This document shows, in pieces, positions 57,950 to 64,000 of a stretch of DNA of 64,000 nucleotides. The notes beneath the pieces were generated by a model, which saw only the letters and a list, made by a program, of their open reading frames with translations, had not been told where the DNA came from and did not search any database. Numbering within the stretch: position 1 is the stretch's first letter; each line of letters begins with the position of its first letter. A program made the position numbers and the translations under genes. The DNA is from a virus: IMG/VR virus record IMGVR_UViG_3300047552_001147, positions 1 to 64,000 of that record; one strand, given 5' to 3'.

Positions 57950-60681
57950 GACTGCACCTCGCCTTCCTTGCGGACAGCAGCGGATTTCAGGCTAACGATC
58001 AGGTCGAACGTTTTTCTGGTGACTACCGTGAACACCTCGCCCCGGTAGCTTCGCATACCGACCGTGCAGAGTCCCGGATCGTCTCCGGGGATCAAAAAGG
58101 TCGCGATCTCCCTCAGCGCGTTCCGCATCAGATCACGCTCAGACATGGTGCTGGAAAGTTCGCTCCGCAGCCGCTCCATCTCCAACCAATCTTTGTGCGC
58201 AGCTCCTTGCTGATCTCGATAGCTTGTATAGGTGACTTTCTGTAGCCGCTCGACCTCGGCCTTGAGGGCGTCGCGCTCGGCGTACAGCTCGCTCTGCGAC
58301 ATGAACCGCAGGCGTGTGTCGATGTCCTTCTTGAGTTCCGCAACCTCGGCGCGCAGCTTCTCGTTCTCCTCCGCCGCGTCGAGCAGCGCGGGGGCGGCGT
58401 TGAGGATCGTGAACGTCAGATCTTCGCGCAGCGTGACGTTCACCGGGCCTTTGAGGCGATCAAGCGCAGCCCGCAGCGCCTGCGTGTCGAGATTCGCGGT
58501 CATGATTGCTCCTTGGCGGCGAGGGCACGAATGAGTTGCGCCGCGTCGTATCCGCCCATTGGCCTCGACCATCCCATTCCCTCTAAGTGTGAGGCTATCT
58601 CCTCGAACGCCTGCCTGCGCGCCTCCCGCAGCGCGTCGAGCACGATGCGGAGGTCGGCGCACTCGATATGGCAATGCTGCGAGAGGCGACCGGGGCGCAG
58701 TCGCTTCTCTAGTCTCTCCCTCGCCTGCGCGAGCTCATCGTCCGGCTTACAGTGGTTTTCCATTGTGTCTCCCTTGTGGTTGGTTGTAGCCCAGAGCGAA
58801 CGCCGCCGACAGCAACGACATCGTTGCCGGACTGATCGGTTTACGCTCCTTGATTGCTTCGCTGAACTGTTCGCGCTCCAGCCGCGCCTGTTCTTTGGCT
58901 AGCTGGCGGGCGATCTTGCGCTTTTCCTTGTCGCCACCGTGCTTGTAATCAATAGTCATTGTAGTCCTTCTGCTCAAGTTTTACGGATAGCTGCTCAATC
59001 GACGATTTGATCAGCGCGTCGTACTCGTGAAAAAACGCTTGGTGAAGGGCCAGTGCCAGCGCCGCTTGTGACGGCACTGGCTGACCAGCCTTCTTCAATC
59101 TTCTTATGACCTTTTTCGCGCAATCTATTGCGTTGTGGCCAGGCCGCTGGTTCTTGCGTTTTACCATTTGTTCTTTGGTAGGATCACCATATCACCGGTG
59201 TCAAAGTCAAGTTCAAGCACTACGCACTCACCGAAATCTGTCCAGGGTTCCAGCTTGTCCAGGATTCTATTCCGCCGACGCTCGATGATGTCCGCTCTCT
59301 CGTTATCGTCTAACAGCTCTGAATTACCTCCGCCGATGTCTCTCGCCAGTTTTTCTGCGGCCTGCACCGCCCCATCGTGGAACCCGTCGGGGTCCTTTAT
59401 GTAGAAACGTACCTTCATCTCTTCCTCAACTTCTCCAGCTTTTTCAGGTATTCTTGTTCCATCTCCTTGTATTCCACCACGAGGGCTTTCAGGGCCAGAT
59501 CGTAAGCATCTGTGTCTACATCTGGGTTACCGCTGTAGCGGTGTAGAACAGCGGCAGCGATCCGCTCATTTAAGCGGTTTCTATCTATGCGCAGAACTGA
59601 GCGTGTCATGCAGAGCTGCCTGTCGTGATACTCGCAGTAGTCATCCGAGTACTCGCAAACATCCCGCTCGCACTCCTTCCACTCCCTGAATATCCCAGCA
59701 GGTCCGTCATGTTTGCATTTACGTGACATTGGGTGGTAATCTCCATTTAAGGTGCCATTTCTCTAGGAAGGCCTTTGCAGGAGCAGGGTCGGCCCCTTCC
59801 TCTATGCTGCAATAGATCCCTTCCCAGAATTCGGTATCGTAGATGTACCACAGATCAAAGAAATCCATGGTAGCGTCAACTGATGGGAGAGAGTCCCACA
59901 GCGACTCAATCTCGTAGTTTGAGACACCCGCTAGTCTGCGGATGTAGTCAATACCTGACTCGTCTTCGTGTTGCGATAGTCGTCTAACGTTTAGTACCAT
60001 TTTTCCGTTGCCCGCTGATCCTCACATCACCCGCCTGAATTAGCTTCCATCCTTTCTTTGATAGGTCCTTACGAATTCGCCGACTGACGACAGCCGGAGT
60101 ACCAGACAGGTATTTGACGTAACCGTATTCCGTGGGGTCAGTGAAACCAGCAACGAACTTCGCGGCAACACGAAAGCTCATGTATTCAGTTCCATGGTCT
60201 TTGTGAAACCAGTCAACGTTGGCGAGAGCTGACCAAATCTCTTTGTCCAGCTCAGGCTCGTCGTAGATCTTCTCCCCGTAGAGGGCATCAAGATCGTTGA
60301 GTATTTGCAGTTTGTGCTTCATTCCAACGCCTTTATCAGTGCTTCTAGCTGATCTACTTTGACTTCTATTCTGGACTTACACGCCGACCTGGCATGTAGA
60401 ACCATGTTCTTTATGTATGTCAGGTCGGCTTTTGGTTTCCCGTTGTTGAAGATGATGGCGGTGAGTTTTGCAACTTCTTCACACATCTCTGTGTGCATTC
60501 GGCGAGAGTCCACAAGATCTCTCTCCAACTCCCTAACCAAGGTCATATGCTCATCGTACAGGACATAAGCACCGGCGCGGTTCTCTGTCATGTACGGCCA
60601 AGCGTGGAAGTTATCGTCGTGAGCAATTTCAGGATCGTATCGATCAATCCCGGCAGGGATACGGTCTTGATTACCACTCAC
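57946..60681 (-). CDS. Run of small hypothetical genes (57946-58503, 58500-58763, 58747-58959, 58949-59167, 59161-59418, 59415-59729, 59719-60000, 59984-60322, 60319-60681)
   Basis: Tightly overlapping ORFs typical of a phage early region. Confidence 0.6.
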
Positions 60682-60995
60682 GATACTTTACCTTCAGCCT
60701 TGGCGAGGGCGGCATTGATGACTGAGTAGAGTTCTGAATGTTCGTCAGAGTCGTCCCCAGCGAACATCTCAGCCACTTGTCGCAACGCCTCATACATCTC
60801 TGGTGCAGCGGCGATCAGGTCGAGGTTTGCGTTCTCTTCATCCGGACTACGCAGGTGCCGTGAATATTTTGAAGATGCCGGGCACGCAACTATCCCACGA
60901 TCCGCACCGCATATGAAAAACCGCGTTTCAGCCACTCCAACAGAGTTAAGCCAGCCGCGACGCCACGGCCCCTTTGTGAAGCCAGGTCTACTCAT
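60678..60995 (-). CDS. Common phage protein (TxGPW...LIAAAP family)
   Basis: FTKGPW, ANLDLIAAAPEMYEAL, AALAKAEG. Confidence 0.75.
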   Translation of the reverse strand: MSRPGFTKGPWRRGWLNSVGVAETRFFICGADRGIVACPASSKYSRHLRSPDEENANLDLIAAAPEMYEALRQVAEMFAGDDSDEHSELYSVINAALAKAEGKVS

Positions 60996-61604
60996 TTCAC
61001 CGGTTCCTTGATTTTGAACTGAGTCTCTCCTGTTTTCGGATCAACAACCCATTCGGCATATCCCTTCTCAATGAGCTCGTCCCTAATCTGCTTAACCTTG
61101 CCACAAGTGCCGGCTACGTGGAATAAGGCAAACAACGCAGATCCAGCTGCGAGTCCGACACAGATTCCGTTGATAAAGCGGGAGTCACTCACTTGAGGCA
61201 CTCCTTGATTTTGAGTTCCGTTCTGCCTGTCACCGAATCGACAACTACCCACTCGGCGTAGCCGCGCTCGATCAGGCGACGTTCCATCTGCTCGGCAGTC
61301 CAGTCACGGGCGCTCGACTTGCCTTGGTAGAAGCCAATCACGAACATCGCGACCAGCGCAACCGCAAACAGCGCAATGACCGACCAAGTAGTTTCGTACT
61401 TCATTTGACACACTCCTTGATTTTGAATTCTGTTTTTCCAGTGCGCGGATCTACGATGACCCACTCAGCATAGCCCCGATCCACTAGAACCTTGTTAAGT
61501 TCCCGACTCTTGCCGTCGAAGTGCGAGGTAGCGCAGATCATTGTGATGAAGAAGGTAAGCACGGCGCCTGTGACAAGCCCCGGAATGAACCCGTCGCTGC
61601 TCAT
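60992..61604 (-). CDS. Three tandem paralogous membrane proteins (60992-61192, 61189-61404, 61401-61604)
   Basis: N-terminal TM helix plus shared GYAEWV...D..TG...KIKE C-terminus. Confidence 0.75.
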
Positions 61605-61810
61605 TTCGCACCGTCCTTCGCCAGTTCCGCGAGTAGGGCGTCGGCGGCTTCCACCGCAAGACGCGCGTTGTTCTTTGCGAACCCATCGAAGTCCGCAGGA
61701 ACTCCAACATCAGCCAGCATGGCCTTCGCCATCTCCAGCGCAAACACTTCACGCTTTGTCATATCGCTTGCATAGCGATAGCCGTTGAATCCGTCTACTT
61801 CTTTGCTCAT
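61601..61810 (-). CDS. Common small phage protein
   Basis: MTKREVFA...AVEAADALLAEL motif. Confidence 0.7.
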   Translation of the reverse strand: MSKEVDGFNGYRYASDMTKREVFALEMAKAMLADVGVPADFDGFAKNNARLAVEAADALLAELAKDGAK

Positions 61811-62325
61811 GATTTTTTACCTTCCTTGTTGCGTTGGTTTTCTTTACTCTTTTCGATGACCACTGTCAGGCAGTCACCACAGATATCCAATACCTGCCAT
61901 GTCTTAAAGAAGAACTCGTTCTCCCTTTTCTCCTGGAGGCGGAATTGGCCAGCGAGGTCCCACTCGTCGTCGACATCCTTACAGCAAAAATCACAAGAGA
62001 TGATCTTTGTTCGCATTTTACAGGTTCCTACAGAATTTGATTAGGGCAGCGAAAGCTACCAGGACAGTGGTGAACAGGAAAAGTTCCGCAGCAATTGGTA
62101 GGATCAATTTTACGTAGTGCTTGATGACCGTCATTTGGACTCTTGGTAGAACCAGCCACGGTCAAAGTCTTTGCCAGCCGCTTCCCGGTAGCCGGCAACA
62201 CGCTTCTCAGCGTAGTCCTCCATAGCACGGGCGACCTCTACATCGAGATCGGTGTACTTGTCCGCCAAGGTCCCAAGAGCCTTACGAGCGGCTGCAAGAG
62301 CCTTCAAACTTACTGTCTCTTTCAT
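61807..62325 (-). CDS. Small hypothetical genes (61807-62016 zinc-binding, 62131-62325)
   Basis: CDFC/DICGDC; AAGGAG RBS before 62325. Confidence 0.65.
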
Positions 62326-62366
62326 GTGATGTGCTCCTTAAAAGCAGAAAGTGTTCGGGATCTAAG

Positions 62367-62375
62367 TCTTATGCC
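62367..62375 (-). promoter_or_regulatory. Conserved promoter motif GGCATAAGA
   Basis: Heads the 53.5-62.3 kb - strand block. Confidence 0.75.
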
Positions 62376-62481
62376 ATATTTGATCAGTTTATTAGTTGTG
62401 CAGTCGCTTTTTGACGGTATCCTGAATTAGATCAGGATCTTTTTTTGTGATCCGCTCATTACGGATCAAAAAGCGCTTTCT

Positions 62482-63654
62482 ATGAATTCAATCAGTTTTT
62501 ACCTGTTCGCTAAGCAAGCGGCGGGCGACTACATTGGGGCGAATAAAGACCTCAACGATTCGATCGCCAAGATTGCCGGGGATAACGGACTTTCGCAAGT
62601 CCAAATCCAGCGGATTGTCGAGCTTGCCAATCATGAGGTCAACGACCACCTACGTAAGCTGGCGTCAGAGAAGACGTTTACGTTTAACGTGGCAAGTGTC
62701 GACGGTGTCTTGTCAAAAATGCAAGGCATCCCTAAGGTCGCCGGCATCACCCACTCGCGGGTCGTTGATGCGATCCACGCGTACAACAGAGGAATCGGGG
62801 AAGAGTCGATTGACGCCAGAGTCCAGGAAATCATGGACGGCTCCAACAAGAAGGAGTTGCTGGAAAAGCAGGCGTCGCTGCACCAAAAACTGATTCTAGA
62901 GAAGCTGGCCGCCGTCCGCCGCAGAACTGAATCTGAAAAAATCGGCTCCCTCAACAAGGTCGCAGAAGAGCTGAGAGAGTTCTTACAGACGGCAAAACAG
63001 TTCGTGTACGGTGAGCAAGGCACGCTTGACGACCTGAAGAAATACGCGGAAGCCGTGGTACCTAACTGGAGCGGCTGGGACGTTGTGTTCGAGGTAGTGC
63101 AGGCAGAGCTTCGTAAAGTCGCCGGTAAGTACAACGCCAAGAACGCAGCAAAACTGAAGTTGTGCCACGTCGCTCCGCTAGCTGCTCGGTCAAATACCGA
63201 GGGAGAGACGCCTAAGGTTCGCGTGGTCAACGGTGCCCACAAACTTGGGTACCAGGTTAAGAAGGTTCATGAGCGGGTTACGGATGCGCAGATCCTCTCC
63301 AGCCGCCTAACAGAACTTGATAACTTCAAGGACGTTCTCACTAAGAACGTGACCAACTTCAACACCAGCGCCGACGTTGAAAAGTACCTTGGAACCTTAT
63401 ACAAGGTAGACAAGGCCGTATCTTCTGATCAGTTCTCCAATGATCTGTTGAAGAAACTGGGAGAAGACGAAGTAAAAAAACTGACAGCCGAAGAGACTCG
63501 TAAGGCCGCTCTTGGCCTCCTCTTCGGCGAAGCTGCAACAAGAGCATCTAAGGCGACTCTTGGATCTGCTGCAAAGCATTTGATCCACAACAAGACGCCC
63601 GCTGCCCACCAAGGGCCGATTAAGAACCTCCCACAATATGAAACTGGTCAGTGA
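62482..63654 (+). CDS. Helical KxA-rich probable head/core protein
   Basis: KQA x2, KIA, KLA x2, KVA x3, KYA, KAA. Confidence 0.6.
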   Translation: MNSISFYLFAKQAAGDYIGANKDLNDSIAKIAGDNGLSQVQIQRIVELANHEVNDHLRKLASEKTFTFNVASVDGVLSKMQGIPKVAGITHSRVVDAIHAYNRGIGEESIDARVQEIMDGSNKKELLEKQASLHQKLILEKLAAVRRRTESEKIGSLNKVAEELREFLQTAKQFVYGEQGTLDDLKKYAEAVVPNWSGWDVVFEVVQAELRKVAGKYNAKNAAKLKLCHVAPLAARSNTEGETPKVRVVNGAHKLGYQVKKVHERVTDAQILSSRLTELDNFKDVLTKNVTNFNTSADVEKYLGTLYKVDKAVSSDQFSNDLLKKLGEDEVKKLTAEETRKAALGLLFGEAATRASKATLGSAAKHLIHNKTPAAHQGPIKNLPQYETGQ

Positions 63655-63656
63655 AC

Positions 63657-64000
63657 ATGAGCAAGATTTTTGACGAGTACGCTTTTGTCTATGGTGGCTT
63701 CCTTACTGAGCAGGAAAAGATTGAGCTAGGAAAGTTCGCGTCTCAGCTCCTCAATGCCAAGACTGCTAGCAATCGAACACAGGTCAACGAGATTATCAAG
63801 AACGCGGCTGCGGAAATTGATAACTACGAAGACTTCGAGGCCGTAGTTGGGTTGTTTGATTGGCTGGAAAAGGAAGCAGCAGTCAATCCTGGATACAAGA
63901 AAATGTCACCTGTGCTGGGAAACGTACTGGCGGCAGCGACAGCGGCATTTGCACTAGCCCCTGCAGTTGCCTCGATGTCAAGACACTCGAAGCGCCAGAA
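63657..64000 (+). CDS. KxA-rich protein, 3' truncated by the window
   Basis: MSKIFDEY...GKFA...KTA...GLFDWLEKEA; open to the window end. Confidence 0.65.
   Translation, partial: MSKIFDEYAFVYGGFLTEQEKIELGKFASQLLNAKTASNRTQVNEIIKNAAAEIDNYEDFEAVVGLFDWLEKEAAVNPGYKKMSPVLGNVLAAATAAFALAPAVASMSRHSKRQ

Noticed and set aside
59102-59110. Twelfth copy of GTCATAAGA (- strand)
   Set aside because: It lies inside a coding region and lacks the pyrimidine after the core that all 11 intergenic copies have; probably chance.
62440-62475. Hairpin TTTGTGATCCG-ctcatta-CGGATCAAAA in a GATC-rich gap
   Set aside because: It lies between divergent genes, so a terminator role is unclear; too little evidence to call it an origin or operator.
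8085-63636. Many short antisense or alternative-frame ORFs inside long genes
   Set aside because: Shadow ORFs without RBS or recognisable motifs.
1-64000. Stop-codon reassignment, as in some large phages
   Set aside because: Long conserved genes are intact in the standard code, and TAA, TAG and TGA all end genes at sensible coupled boundaries.

Overview
A 64 kb segment of a large (probably jumbo) contractile-tailed dsDNA phage genome, readable in the standard genetic code. The + strand carries mostly virion and late genes: tail-collar/fibre proteins, a probable portal, a gp5-like spike plus PAAR, a GpA-type terminase large subunit, and a single 2029-aa polypeptide fusing RNA polymerase beta-like and beta'-like regions. 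Blocks of small accessory genes, mostly on the - strand, are interleaved, and each starts at a conserved motif G[GT]CATAAGAY-N4-R (11 copies). One block encodes a PRPP-synthetase-like plus NAMPT-like pair consistent with the NARP1 NAD+ reconstitution anti-defence pathway. Three signals stand out. (1) Fifteen otherwise unrelated, mostly small basic proteins share a usually N-terminal F-x3-[FL]-F-D-E-L-x-K-x-A tag, and larger proteins are studded with K-x-A sites; this is a candidate capsid-targeting and maturation-cleavage system. (2) Two tandem, apparently highly structured RNAs (about 515 and 375 nt, 16.4-17.3 kb, - strand) each have their own promoter motif and terminator. (3) The fused RNAP sits inside the structural operon and is a candidate virion-packaged enzyme for the conserved promoters. 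All calls come from by-eye motif recognition and base-pairing; no database search or folding program was run.
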